Notes: generated from the letters alone by a model not told the origin. A stretch of DNA of 63,737 nt, filler included, from Octopus bimaculoides (GCF_001194135.2; 5 parts of 4 records of this genome joined end to end with filler, not necessarily neighbours in it), one strand, 5' to 3'; counted from the whole stretch's first letter, positions 25,931 to 39,059 are shown. A program made the numbers and translations.

Positions 25931-26164
25931 CACTCATTAATGTAAGGGGGATACATGCAGTTAAAGGAATATACATATATGCATACGTGTGTGAGATTGT
26001 GAGCTTCAAGCAATCAGTAGAAAATATAAAAAAATAACTTTCAAGAACAATAGTGGTTTATTGGTGCGGAAGGTTATTAATTTATCTAAGTTCGATAAGC
26101 TGAAAAAATTTATGTTATACTTCACGATTGGCAGCCTCTGTTGCCAGGTATGTGAATAAAAATC

Positions 26165-26375
26165 CAAGAGTTAAGGAGTAGATAGTATGCGGGCTGCATA
26201 TGTTAACACACGGAGGATTCTATCAGAATGATCCTTACGACAAAGTAAACTTCATATAACCAAGATACCTTTGGCCTGAAGAGTAGCCTGCTTTGGATAT
26301 TTATCACTTCCGAGGTTCTGCTCGCTATGAAATACATGTAGCCCGCATATTATCTATTCCATTCCTTAACTCTTG
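26165..26375. repeat. ~211-bp foldback with ~35-40 bp inverted arms (possible MITE)
   Basis: CAAGAGTTAAGGAGTAGATAGTATGCGGGCTGCAT vs reverse complement of 26336-26375: 3 transitions and a 5-nt indel. Confidence 0.75.
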
Positions 26376-26383
26376 TATATATA

Positions 26384-26611
26384 TTAGGTTGGTGCATAAT
26401 TATTGCGCCTTTTTTTCAATAAATTTTATTCAACAAAAAAATTAAATAAAACGCCATTTTAAACAAAACGCCAAGCAGAAATTGAAGATTGAAGTGGATG
26501 GGGAATATGCTTCGGAATAATCATCTAAAGATGTTTTTTGTTAAATGTTGTTATTGTTTTTGTTGAATAAAATTCATTGAAAAAAGCCGCAATAATTATG
26601 CACCATCCTAA
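26384..26611. mobile_element. Mariner-derived MITE, 228 bp
   Basis: TIR TTAGGTTGGTGCATAATTATTGCG with inverted copy ending 26611 (1 mismatch); imperfect inverted similarity continues to ~60 bp; TA on the left, TG on the right. Confidence 0.9.
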
Positions 26612-26623
26612 TGTGTGTGTGTA

Positions 26624-26697
<74 letters not shown>

Positions 26698-26960
26698 TGT
26701 CTGTCTGTATCGACGAACTACGGTAGAAATAGAAGATTATATTTACTAAATGATACAGGTACAGAGACTTATATTTAGGACTTTAGGTTCCTGTGTCAAC
26801 AATTCGATGATCGTTGCACATTGCGAGACCGGTGCGAGTGGCAATATTGATTACAAAAGCACAAAAAAAAAATGATGACACCGGTGAGCAGAAAAAATTT
26901 TCCCCTGAGCATTAGATTGTTCAAGGGAAACAATTCTTTCAGACTTAATTGCAGGATCTT

Positions 26961-27655
26961 GGCAAAAATATGATTATGTATTGGTTAAAATAATGTATAT
27001 ATATAAATATAAAGTAAGAAAAAATATACAAAAAATATTACAAAAACCCAATAGTAACAAAATAAATATTTCAAACAATTAAAAATAGATTGAACAACTT
27101 AGAAATAAAATGAAAAAAAATGGGATATTAAGGTTAAAATAGTGTTATAAAACTTGGATAGTAATAATTAAAAATTACTTATAAAAATCTTCGAAAAACA
27201 TTAAAGTTAAAGAATTAACATTTAATATTAACATTTAAAGTTAATATTGAAATTAAAAAGTGGAAATTGAGAATTAAATGTAATAAAGTATTGAAAACTT
27301 CCATAACTAAAATTAAAACTGAAATTAAAATATAGAAATTGAAAAGTAAAAACTTTTTAAATTGTGAATAGAATTAAAAATAGAATTAAAATTACAAATA
27401 AATATTAAAAATTGATATGAAATATTAAAAGATAAAAATAAAAAATAAAAAGTTAAAAAATTGAAATGAAAATTTTAAAAGTTTTTAATTTATATTAAAG
27501 ATTTAAGAATAAAAAATCATTTACATGCAATATTAAAGAAATAACAATAAAAAATAAAAGCTTTTATATATTAAAAATCTAAACAGATAATTTAATGTTA
27601 AAATAAATTGAAATATGATATTAAAGTTAAGAATCTTAAAATATTGGAAATACTG
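26961..27655. repeat. Extremely A-rich low-complexity tract (degenerate ATTAAAA units)
   Basis: About 700 bp with very few G/C bases and a strong A skew. Confidence 0.85.
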
Positions 27656-27873
27656 TTGCCTTGATAACATGTTGCCAGGAATGTGTTTAACATGCAAATA
27701 GATCTTTCCAACTATATTACACCACTAAACCTAGTGTCAATGTGATCGTGGATAGCTGATGGATTAAATGAAATGTTGATGAAAGGAGAATATTCGTTGA
27801 AATATGCATATAAACTCATTACATATTTTCTGTCTTCGATTTCATTATTTATATAGACATACTTATTTACGAA

Positions 27874-28500
27874 ATGTTATGGCTTATAGTGCTGGCTCTG
27901 AACTCTAAAAAATCTATCGAGATAACTTTTCAAATATGCATATATGTATTATGTATCTATATATGCATTTCATGTATGTATGTATGTATGTATTATGTTA
28001 TGGCTTATAGTGCTGGCTCTGAACTCTAAAAAAATCTATCGAGCTAACTTTAAAAATATGCATATATGTATTATGTTATGTCTTTACTACCCACAAGGGG
28101 CTACACATAGAGGGGACAAACAAGGACAGACAAACGAATTAAGTCGATTATATCGACCCCAGTGCGTAACTGGTACTTATTTAATCGACTCCGAAAGGAT
28201 AAAAAGCAAAGTCGTCTTCGGCGGGATTTGAACTCAGAACGTAGCGGCGGATGAAATACCGTGAAGCATTTCGCCCGGCGTGCTAACGTTTCTGCCAGCA
28301 CGGCGCCTTAGATGTAATATGTATCTATATATGCATTTCATGTATGTATGTTTGTATGTATGTGCGTATGTATGTATTATGATATGCCTTATAGTGCTGG
28401 CTCTGAACTCTAAAAAATCTATCGAGATAACTTTTAAAATATGTACATATGTATTATGTATCTATATATGCATTTCATGTATGTATGTATGTATGTATGT
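27874..28500. repeat. ~120-bp minisatellite, 3 units, with a SINE inserted in unit 2
   Basis: TTATAGTGCTGGCTCTGAACTCTAAAAAATCTATCGAG recurs in units starting ~27874, ~27995 and ~28379. Confidence 0.9.
28082..28308 (-). mobile_element. SINE family A, near-intact
   Basis: Reverse complement of GGCG..GCTGGCAGAAACGTTAGCACGCCGGGCGAAATGC...GAGTTCAAATCCCGCCG...AGCCCCTTGTGGGTAGTAAAG. Confidence 0.92.
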
Positions 28501-28875
28501 ATAAGAAGGAATTGGTTTAGAGGTGTTAGCTACCACAAAATTTACAAAATTCTAAATAAAATGTAAATAGTCAAAATATGTCTAGAAAAGTACGAACAAA
28601 ACATGAAGTGAGCTTATGTAGCACTATCAGGATTCTTAAATCTAAGAAATATATGCAAACCAGTTTTCGCTAAAAGTTCAAGTGGATGTTTCTATGGCTT
28701 TAACATACTATAGTTCATACATATCTCTATTTATTAATCACGTTGAAAGCATACTAATTATTCCTTTCTAAACTTTTAATCTGTAACACTAGCAGCCGTT
28801 CTTAACTCTGTATTGCAGCAGTCCATTTTCTCATTAAACTAAAGAAACTGTTTCAATCGGTTTTCAAATTGCTGA

Positions 28876-28986
28876 TTCTATTCTGTCTCTTTTGCCGAAC
28901 CGCTAAGTTACGGAGACGTAAACACACCAACATCGGTTGTCAGGCGATGTTGGGGGAACAAACACAGACACACAAACACACACACG

Positions 28987-29023
<37 letters not shown>

Positions 29024-29032
29024 GCACACACA

Positions 29033-29091
<59 letters not shown>

Positions 29092-29256
29092 GACGGGCTT
29101 CTTTCAGTTTCCGTCTACCAAATCCACTCACAAGACTTTGGTCGGCCCGAGGCTACAGTAGAAGACACTTGCCCAAGGTGCTACACAGTGGGACTGAAAC
29201 CGGAACCATGTGGTTGGTAAGCAAGCTACTTACCCACCCCAGCCACTCCTGCGCCT
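28876..29256 (-). mobile_element. SINE family B, near-intact, with (TA)n/(CA)n insert
   Basis: CGACGGGCTTCTTTCAGTTTCCGTCTACCAAATCCACTCACAAG...CACAGTGGGACTGAAACCGGAACCATGTGG. Confidence 0.92.
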
Positions 29257-29811
29257 ATTGGTCGGTCGTGATTCCTGATAAAAATTTCACCGTTTTTCGG
29301 TGATGGACCGGGATTTGAACTCAAAATGCACTTTGTCAGAAAGACAGTGCATGATGTCCTTTTCGATATTCAAACAATTTCGTCAAACCAACACTGGTCT
29401 GGTATTTATTTATGTGCCCGAAATGAATGAACGTTTGCAGGAATTGAACTCAGGGCGCAGAGAGTTGGGACTAATACCTCAAAGCATTCTGTCCAACAGT
29501 TCTTCAACTCAACCAATTCACAGTTTTAAACTATAATTAGAAATGTTATTTCCTTTAATTGTATCCACTAATATGCAATAATTAAAGAATATGCATTCCC
29601 CAATCTTGTAAGTACTTTGTTAGATACTTCCTCTTTCAGAATAGCGTTACAAAAAACCATTTTGAATGGTAATTTTTTTTCTAATAACGCAACACAAACC
29701 ATAAACATATATATCATTCTCTCTATGAAGAGTATGTCAGTTATTCCCCTTATTCGACACCTAATGCAGACATTATTAATAATTCTGAAATAGATTTCTT
29801 TTATTTAAATA

Positions 29812-31551
29812 TTAGCAAAGACATCCGGCGTTGCTCGGGAAAAAAATAGCATAGTTTGTATATATATTACAGTTATGTTGAAACAGGTGATACGGGAAAG
29901 TGCAGCATTGACGACAAAACGTTTGTGGAGTAAATGATGGGCTAATTCGACTAAGCGACATATCATGCGTCCATTTGGAGTATAACAGGTCCTAACCTGT
30001 CATGGAAATTTAGGGGTGGGGGTATGTGAATTTTTTTAACGCACCACAAAGCTATCAGTGGATATATTCTCCTTTGCAACGGTCAGCGCTGCGTCTTACA
30101 CGACCCATCGTTTTGACACCTCCTTCGGGTTTCTTATCTTACATCATTCATAAAGTAAATTTGGAGGAGCTGTGGTTGTTCATTTGTGGGTAACAGGGAA
30201 GCGATGAGGTGATAGACTTGCCCTTGAACTTTGAATGTCGGCGTAAATCCATGTTCAACTATCTCCTTAGATGCACCAAACGATGTCATTCGAAATGCAG
30301 GGTTATATTGTCTGATATTGTCAGAAAATCCTTTGACTGGCTGGAAGTGTCTTCCAGAAGATCCATAAAAGGCTGAGGAGGAGCTTGGAGTGCTGGCAAT
30401 CTTACCTTGTTGCCTGAGCAGCACATGCGATTAGTTTCATTTGGAAGTTTTAAAGCTTTGCAGAAACAATTTAAGTTTAGCACACCAATTTGGACAAAAT
30501 TATCATTTTTATAAGAATAGGATGGTCCATATCTGAAAGCAGCTCCAGGAGTTGTGAAGAACGAATTTGTGCGTAGTCTGTTTCTGAGAGCTGTTCTATT
30601 GGACTTCTGTCTAAGCATTAAAACGTTGTAATGATTCAGCATTAAGTGTTTCAGCATGCCTTTGATGTGTTGTTGCATGCGTTTGCTGATCTTGGGAAAA
30701 TCTCATCTCCCTTTTGTATTGATACTGCATCTGGCGTGCTGCAGCCTATATTTGCTGACCTTGAGAAAGTCACATCTCCCTTCTCCTTTCTCCCTTGAGT
30801 CTCTATTTGACGTGCTGCAGCGTACGCTTACTGATCTTGGGGAAGTCTCATCTCCCCTCCCTATTGAGACTCCATTTGACGTTCTGCAACATGCATTTGC
30901 TGACCTTGAGAAAGTCTCATCTCTCTTCTGTCTTGAAACTCTCGCCTTCGGTTTTCTACAATCCTCCTTGCTTTATACTTGTTTCTGGAAAGATTCCGTC
31001 TTTTCTTTGGTGGCATATTTTTTTTCAATATTGTCAACAAAAAAAATATGAACATAAAAAAAAAAAGTTATACATTAATCTCTATGTATGTAGTTTGTCT
31101 ATATTTTTGCATGCAGCAAATTAACCAAATAGAAGCACATGCATGAACTGCTAATTTAACGGTAAATTCCACAATAATTATTATAGACAAATTTTTTAAT
31201 AAATATATTAAGCACATGTAGGCTTATCACGTTAGAAGTTAAAGAATAAAAATGAAACAATATTATATCACATTACAATATAGATCTTTTTCTTTTACTT
31301 TTGATATGCAATACTGAACCAGTGCCAATGTTATATTGTCTTAATCCAAATGAAAACAAAAAAGGCATTACATGTAGACATTCATGGGGCTTGATACTAT
31401 TACCTTGTAAAATTTGATTTTATTTGGTTGGACCGTTTGTGAAGGCATAGGGAACAGACGGACACATACACACACACACACATACACACACACACACACA
31501 CAGTGACGCATAGGGAACAGATAGGCAAACAAAGAATTTTATATATTTAGA
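29812..31551 (-). mobile_element. Non-autonomous Helitron (1740 bp) with both termini and the 5' part of the RepHel gene
   Basis: Minus strand reads A|TCTAAATATATAAAA at the 5' end and hairpin CCCGAGCAACGCCGG then CTAA|T (CTRR) at the 3' end, i.e. an AT target site. Confidence 0.9.
30134..31040 (-). pseudogene. Helitron RepHel N-terminal region (frameshifted, truncated)
   Basis: MPPKKRRNLSR start, 69-bp (23-aa) repeats, CFCKALKLPNETNRMCCSGNKVRLP zinc motif, NIRQYNPAFRMTSFGA and FKVQGQVYHLIASLLP...QLLQIYF. Confidence 0.9.
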
Positions 31552-31720
31552 TTAACCCAATAAGTAAGCTACACCTGCGGTTTTGTCACAACTCCAACGC
31601 AAGTCTCAGTGTATATTCCTACTATTTATTCATTTATCAGTTATTTGAACTAGCTCCCAAGAAAGTAGTAAATGCGAAAAATCTTGTTTGATTTTGCCGC
31701 TAATATATGGGTTTTTTTTT

Positions 31721-31927
31721 TCAGAATCGTTAGCACACCGGGCAGAATGCTTAGCGGCATTTCGTCTGTCTTTACGTTCTGAGTTCAAATTCCGCTGAGG
31801 TCAATTTTGCTTTTAATCATTTCGAGGTCGATAAAATAATCACCAGTTGAGCACTGGGTTCGATGTAATCGGCTTAACCCCCTACCCCGAAATCGCTGGC
31901 TTTGTGCCAAAATTTGAAACCAGTATT
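31721..31927 (+). mobile_element. SINE family A
   Basis: CAGAATCGTTAGCACACCGGGCAGAATGCTTAGCGGCATTTCG...GAGTTCAAATTCCGC. Confidence 0.88.
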
Positions 31928-32042
31928 AGTTGGTTTATAAGCAGTGTTTTGTTGGTGGATAGTTATGGAGGGCGCAGATTTAAAATGTGTGGCGTAGGCA
32001 GCTGTTCCTTCTTTTCTCTGCCAATATTCTTTTCTACTCTAC

Positions 32043-32226
32043 GCACAAACCCGAAATTTGGGGAAGAGGCCAGTCGATTAGATCGACCCCAGTACGCAAC
32101 TGGTACTTAATTTATCGACCATAAAAGAATGAAAGGCAAACTCGACCTCTGCGGAATTTGAACTCAGGACGTAATACTGCTAAGCATTTCACCCGGCGCG
32201 CTAACGTGTCTACCAGCTCGCCGCCC
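32043..32226 (-). mobile_element. SINE family A, inverted relative to the 31721 copy
   Basis: GGAATTTGAACTCAGGACG...GCATTTCACCCGGCGCGCTAACG...CAGCTCGCCGCC. Confidence 0.88.
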
Positions 32227-32530
32227 TTTTTCCGACGATATTATGTAAAAGATGTAATGTTTACAATCATTGTAATACACAACATTGACTAAAACCTAAA
32301 GATATGCTCTATAATACAATATATCAATGAAATGAAACACTATTAACAAACCAGTAATTTAACATGTATATCTGTATATATCCTATAAAGGTAATTCTTA
32401 ACAGAGTATAACTTGGTAGCATATGCTATGCCTTCGTTAATTCTTGTATTGTACGTGCGTATACGTAAGTGTGTGTATGTGTGCATTGAGATAGAGAGAG
32501 ATTCCTGTACACACATACACACACACACAA

Positions 32531-32581
<51 letters not shown>

Positions 32582-35095
32582 NNNNNNNNNNNNNNNNNNN
32601 NNNNNNNNNNNNNNNNNNNNNNNNNNNNNNNNNNNNNNNNNNNNNNNNNNNNNNNNNNNNNNNNNNNNNNNNNNNNNNNNNNNNNNNNNNNNNNNNNNNN
32701 NNNNNNNNNNNNNNNNNNNNNNNNNNNNNNNNNNNNNNNNNNNNNNNNNNNNNNNNNNNNNNNNNNNNNNNNNNNNNNNNNNNNNNNNNNNNNNNNNNNN
32801 NNNNNNNNNNNNNNNNNNNNNNNNNNNNNNNNNNNNNNNNNNNNNNNNNNNNNNNNNNNNNNNNNNNNNNNNNNNNNNNNNNNNNNNNNNNNNNNNNNNN
32901 NNNNNNNNNNNNNNNNNNNNNNNNNNNNNNNNNNNNNNNNNNNNNNNNNNNNNNNNNNNNNNNNNNNNNNNNNNNNNNNNNNNNNNNNNNNNNNNNNNNN
33001 NNNNNNNNNNNNNNNNNNNNNNNNNNNNNNNNNNNNNNNNNNNNNNNNNNNNNNNNNNNNNNNNNNNNNNNNNNNNNNNNNNNNNNNNNNNNNNNNNNNN
33101 NNNNNNNNNNNNNNNNNNNNNNNNNNNNNNNNNNNNNNNNNNNNNNNNNNNNNNNNNNNNNNNNNNNNNNNNNNNNNNNNNNNNNNNNNNNNNNNNNNNN
33201 NNNNNNNNNNNNNNNNNNNNNNNNNNNNNNNNNNNNNNNNNNNNNNNNNNNNNNNNNNNNNNNNNNNNNNNNNNNNNNNNNNNNNNNNNNNNNNNNNNNN
33301 NNNNNNNNNNNNNNNNNNNNNNNNNNNNNNNNNNNNNNNNNNNNNNNNNNNNNNNNNNNNNNNNNNNNNNNNNNNNNNNNNNNNNNNNNNNNNNNNNNNN
33401 NNNNNNNNNNNNNNNNNNNNNNNNNNNNNNNNNNNNNNNNNNNNNNNNNNNNNNNNNNNNNNNNNNNNNNNNNNNNNNNNNNNNNNNNNNNNNNNNNNNN
33501 NNNNNNNNNNNNNNNNNNNNNNNNNNNNNNNNNNNNNNNNNNNNNNNNNNNNTATATATACATACACACACATACATGCACGCATGCACATATTGGATGG
33601 GATTGAACTCTCTCAATCACGCTTTCATTCTCTTTCCACTTCATTTTCCCCACTCCCTTCTTTCCCCATTGCTGTCTTTTATTGATTTTTTCCAACTGGA
33701 TTCTATTTTTCCTCTTTCCAAACCTCCCTTTCTGTTTTTCTGTTTTTCTATGCCCCTCTTTATGTTTCTCTTCTTTGTATATCTGCCTTCTCTTTTCCCT
33801 TACAGCACAACTGTTTTCCGTGCCATATTCTCACCACCCTCAAAACTCTCATACACACAAATTACTTCCCAACACCATACGTTTTTGTAAATCACCATTT
33901 TTGCTCTTTCATACAAATCTCTATCCTTCACCCATCCACATTCACCCATGTACTTTCAATATATTTTTAACACTCTGCCACCGACCCCAGCCACGTTTTT
34001 AGCTTCTACCTATTTTGTTTTCACCACACATCATCTATGTCAACAAAACGTTTCTCCTACCAACAGAATGTCTCTTTATCCTTCAATAAATTTGAAAACA
34101 AACACCTCCGTCACCACTTCCACCATTACCACCATTTCAATCGCTCTCACCAAACGACCACCGTAACCATTGTCTTTGTTACTATCAAGAGACCCTCATC
34201 CACTCGCATCACCACCACCACCACCACCAGAAAAACAACAACATAACTTTGTAAAATATTTGCCGTTGCCATCCCTGATACCACCGACAATGAGAACAAT
34301 ATCAACAATAAGAACAACAACAGCATATGAAATAACCTATACTAGCAAAAGTCAGCCGCTATATCTCCACCATTACTATCGTTATCACTACAACCAATAA
34401 CATCAACCTTGCTACTTATCACCAATCTACCTGAATCACAGGCATCACAACAACCATCGCTAATAGTGTATCCGTTACTGCTAATGCAACCACCAGCATC
34501 ATCATTACAACGGCTAACATCATGACACTACCAATACCTACACCGTCACCATCATAAATCACATCCTACCTCATTCAACTCGACTGACACAAACAACGGC
34601 TTATTACACACAAACAAACTGACACGCAAACAATTTTTCATTGTAATGCGAAATCTTTCATCAAGAAAAAAAATTATTATTATTTTGGTTTGGTTTGTTT
34701 CCTACAAACAACACATCGCTTGCATCATTTTATTATAAACCCTACATTTTTCAAAACAACCTTAATCTTTTGTTACGCTTCAAACTGAGCAAGAAATGAA
34801 ATTTCTCTTCGTAAAACAAAATGGCTTTCTCCCCCATATGATAACTTACGCTTCCGGTTTTATTTTATTTTTCCTTATATCTAGATCAATATTTATCGGT
34901 TTCATTCACCTACATTAATTTTCTTTTACTTCTGGAGCCTTTTTTTTATATTTTGTTTCTTTTTTTTTCTTTTTATTATATTACAAAAAACCTTCAACTC
35001 ATTCTGTTAAATAAGTCTCTTTTTTACTTTTCCCCCCAAGTATTCCTTTTCTTTCTATTCTCTTTACACTAATTTTCTTTCAATTTCTCTCTCTT

Positions 35096-35176
<81 letters not shown>

Positions 35177-36731
35177 TTTCCTTTGATTTCTAGCTTTACA
35201 GCTTTTATTATCTTTACCATGATCGTGATCTTAATCATTCTTATTACGTCACCAACCCACTCCAATTATCATCATCACTATTATCATAATCGTCGCCATT
35301 ATCTTATTTGCCATAGTCAGCATCATCGGCGACGTCATCGCCGCCATAGTTTCTTCTTGTCGTTTACTTCCTTGTAACTTCATCCTCTCGATGTCTTATT
35401 CTTATTTTCACCTTATTGTCCAGGTATTTCCATAACAACACTAACAACACTAGCAATAGCAACGCGAACAACAATAACAACAACCCTAACGCAAACAACG
35501 AAAACAATTACAACACCAATACAAGTGCTAAGTTTTTTTTCTGCTCTCAGAATAATGGCGCCTATATCTAATATCAAATATATGTGAATTAGCATGAATG
35601 TTTGTACGCGTGTATGTGTGAGTCTGTGTACGTGCGTCTGTGTATATGTGCAACCCTATGCACGAGTCTGTGTGCGTGCACACGCGTGCACACATGCTCA
35701 GACACATACATATACGTATGTAGGTGGCAGAGTATGCTGCTGTCGTTTTGAGTGATTGTATATTTATAGATGTATGTGTGTGATCGTGTGCTTGCGCGTT
35801 TGTATGTGCATGTAAGCACTAGTTCTTGGTATATTTCTGTAACTGCATCCTTGAATGCGTATGAGTTTGTAGGAACATGAATATGGATGATTTTGTGTGT
35901 GGGGGGGTGTCTGTGTGTGGGGGGTGTCTGTGTGTGTGCGTGTATACATATCTGTGTCTCAGTATACGTGTGCAAGTTTTTGCCGGTTATCGTATTAATA
36001 CGCGTGTTTTAGTGCATGTCTTCATGGATGTGCNNNNNNNNNNGTATGTGTGTGTATGTGTGTGTGTGTGTCTGCATGTGTATGTGTATGTATGCATGTG
36101 TATGTGTGAGCATGTGTGTGCGCATGTGTATGTGTGAGCATGTGTGTGCGCATACGTGTGTGTGCACCTGCACACGCGCGTAATATCATGCGTTTGTGAT
36201 AGCTAGCATATGTGCATACATGCATACGCCTGCACATATCCGTGCGAATTTGATGCATTTGTGTGTGTGTGCGTGCGAGTACATGTGCCTGTGTACGTGT
36301 GTTTGTGTTTACGCGCGCGTACAGGTTTTATATAGGAGAATATGAATCTCTGTTTGAGGATGCGATTATAACCGAAGCGTGTGTTCAGTGTGTGCGTAAT
36401 GGTGTGAGTGTTACTGTGTTTTTATTGTTGCTATTGTTGTCATCCCATTTCATGTTTTAAATTCAATTAATATTTTTTTCTCTCTGTGATCCTTTCAATA
36501 AAGTCTTCTGTTCATTAACTCGGTTGCAATCAATTAGTTTGTTTTTACCTTGAATAATTAACAACTTTGAGACCTTTGTTTTTACACTATTCCTTACTTT
36601 TACCAAGTTATCTTTTCATAATATTATTGTTCATTTTACCTGCAGCTTGTCGGTTGCTTGCTTACTCACACACTCACTCAGATGTTTATTTACTCATTTT
36701 TCGTTCAATCATTGACACGCACGCACACACA

Positions 36732-36786
<55 letters not shown>

Positions 36787-37062
36787 ACACACACACACAC
36801 ATGATAAACATGAGTAAGATAGAACTGAGTAAAAGAGCAAGTGATTTGTCGTAGGAAGAGCAAAAAATTGTGAATGTGTATATATGTGGGCTTTGTGTGT
36901 GAATTCAGTGAGTGAGTGAGTGAATGAGTGAGTGAATGAATGAGTGAGTGAGCGAGCGAGCGACCGAATAAGTGAGTGAATAACTGACTGAATGAATGAT
37001 TGCCTGACTGAGAGAACGAATGAACGAAATTTTAAGAATTAAATGGAAGATAATCGTTTTCA

Positions 37063-37280
37063 TATTGGTTTCAAATTTTGGCACAAGGCCAGCAAGTTCT
37101 GGAGAGTGGGTAAATCAATTACGTCGACCCCAGTGCTCAACTAGTACTTACTTTGTCGTCTCCGAAATGATGAAGGCGAACGCCGACCTCAGCGGCATTT
37201 AAACTCAGAGAATAAAGACGGACGAATTGCCGCTGAGCATTTTGTCCGGCGTCCTAACGATTCTACCAGCTCACCGCCTT
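37063..37280 (-). mobile_element. SINE family A
   Basis: Reverse-complement copy ending CCAGCTCACCGCC. Confidence 0.85.
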
Positions 37281-38311
37281 AATAGTCGTGTTCATATTGC
37301 AAATCTAAAACATTATAAAGCTGCCTCGGTTCAAAAAATGTTGGGATAAATGGTGAACACTCGACAGGTTTACAGTACTTCTTATGTAAGCGAACCGCAT
37401 ATAAACAGCAATGTGATTTGGCATAAGCTTTTTGTTTTATTTAATCTGAAGAGTAATTAATTTTAGCTGATATATTGTCCCAATCGTTTCAATATCATAA
37501 TGGGCTGAAAAGAAATTTCTCGATATAGTGTTGTAGCTGCAGTTAGTAGAGGATCCACCAAGTCACACTATTCAAAATCCTTTCCCGCCATGGATTGTAC
37601 AGTATTTTAACACGGATTGTTGTACAAAACAGAAGTAAACACTAGATGCGTGTTGTTTGACCTTTGTGCTTGATACAATATGTCTTCTGTCATGCTGACC
37701 TGGTGATTCTGTCAAAGTTGCTCGAGATTGGATAGTGAACAGACAGTGAAAAGGGTAGCGAAAATGATTCCTCATTTTTCTTGGAGGAAGCGAGAATGCA
37801 GCTTCTTCTAAAGTACTATCCCAGTCGACCTCGTATTCCAAGATGCCAGTTTTGACATGTCTGGGCAACAAACAGTGAAGCTTGCCAGAAATATCGTTCA
37901 TACATGTCAATTTTTCAGATGAGATTAGACAACGAACATTGCGCAGAAACTTTCTGAGATTTAAATAAGTTATTAAAATTCATCATTTAAAAATTATACT
38001 TTCAAAAAGTATCTGTTCCACATGCCATAGAGAAACAGGGAAATTATTCTTTTATTTTTTTTTACATTAGAATTCCTATATATTGGTTTCAAAACATCTT
38101 TAAAGTGTCCCTCGGTATTTGTAGCAATACCGGGAGACAAATATATTACATATAGAATACATATATTGAAACGATATCTTTGTCAAAATTCTTCATTCAC
38201 GAAACCGTACANNNNNNNNNNNNNNNNNNNNNNNNNNNNNNNNNNNNNNNNNNNNTTAATTAATTAANNNNNNNNNNNNNNNNNNNNNNNNNNNNNNNNN
38301 NNNNNNNNNNN

Positions 38312-38632
38312 AGACCTTTGGAAATGTGCTGTGCGTGAGAAGACCCGGCAAGCCAAGTAAGATCGTTGCCAGTGCCCCTGGACTGGTTCTTGTGCGGGTG
38401 GCACATAAAAGACACCATTTCGAGCGTGGCTGTTTTCGTGCGGGTGACACGTAAAAGCACCCACTACACTCTCTGAGTGGTTGGCGTTAGGAAGGGCATC
38501 CAGCTGTAGAAACTCTGCCAAATCAGACTGGAGCCTGGTGTTGCCATCCAGTTTCACCAGTCCTCAGTCAAATCGTCCAACCCATGCTAGCATGGAAAGC
38601 GGACGTTAAACGATGATGATGATGATGATGAT
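38312..38632 (+). mobile_element. Repeat family C (non-autonomous retroelement with (GAT)n tail, probably RTE-dependent)
   Basis: CACGTAAAAGCACCCACTACACTCTCTGAGTGGTTGGCGTTAGGAAGGGCATCCAGC...CATGGAAAGCGGACGTTAAACGATGATGATG; shared with 41935-42550 and other copies. Confidence 0.85.
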
Positions 38633-39059
38633 ATATTTCTGTAGCAAGAAGAAAACTAACTTAATATAACATTAAGTTAGAAACAGCTAAATTATAGGCA
38701 TGTAAAGAATCTCAAAGACAAATTTGATAATAAAGCATCAAATGGCAAAATGCTTATTGTTAAGTCACAGTAACACCAAAATTCTAAGTGTAAGTATACA
38801 CTATAAGGCATCTTCATATAAAGATTCTTTTTCAACTGAATTGTCAAATATATTGAAGAGAGCAATATGGGCAGGAATATACAAATGAAAACTATTAGAG
38901 TGGCTGAACTTTTATGAATCCCAACAAAGGTCTGAAGTTTTAAGCAAATATGAAATTGACTCTAACCATAACTAGTATTTTTTAAGTAAAAGTACTAGGA
39001 CTGCTTTCTGAATGATTGATGCTTTCCAAAAATACTTAGTCTATCTTTATCTTTTTGAG

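Noticed and set aside
30656-31124. Plus-strand repetitive ORFs of 131 and 109 aa
   Set aside because: Antisense to the 69-bp repeats of the Helitron RepHel gene
32343-33695. Long ORFs spanning N runs (also ~10173-10952, 17728-18433, 20244-20689, 23705-24211, 59883-60377, 61731-62215)
   Set aside because: Open only because N codons contain no stops; the flanks are microsatellite translations
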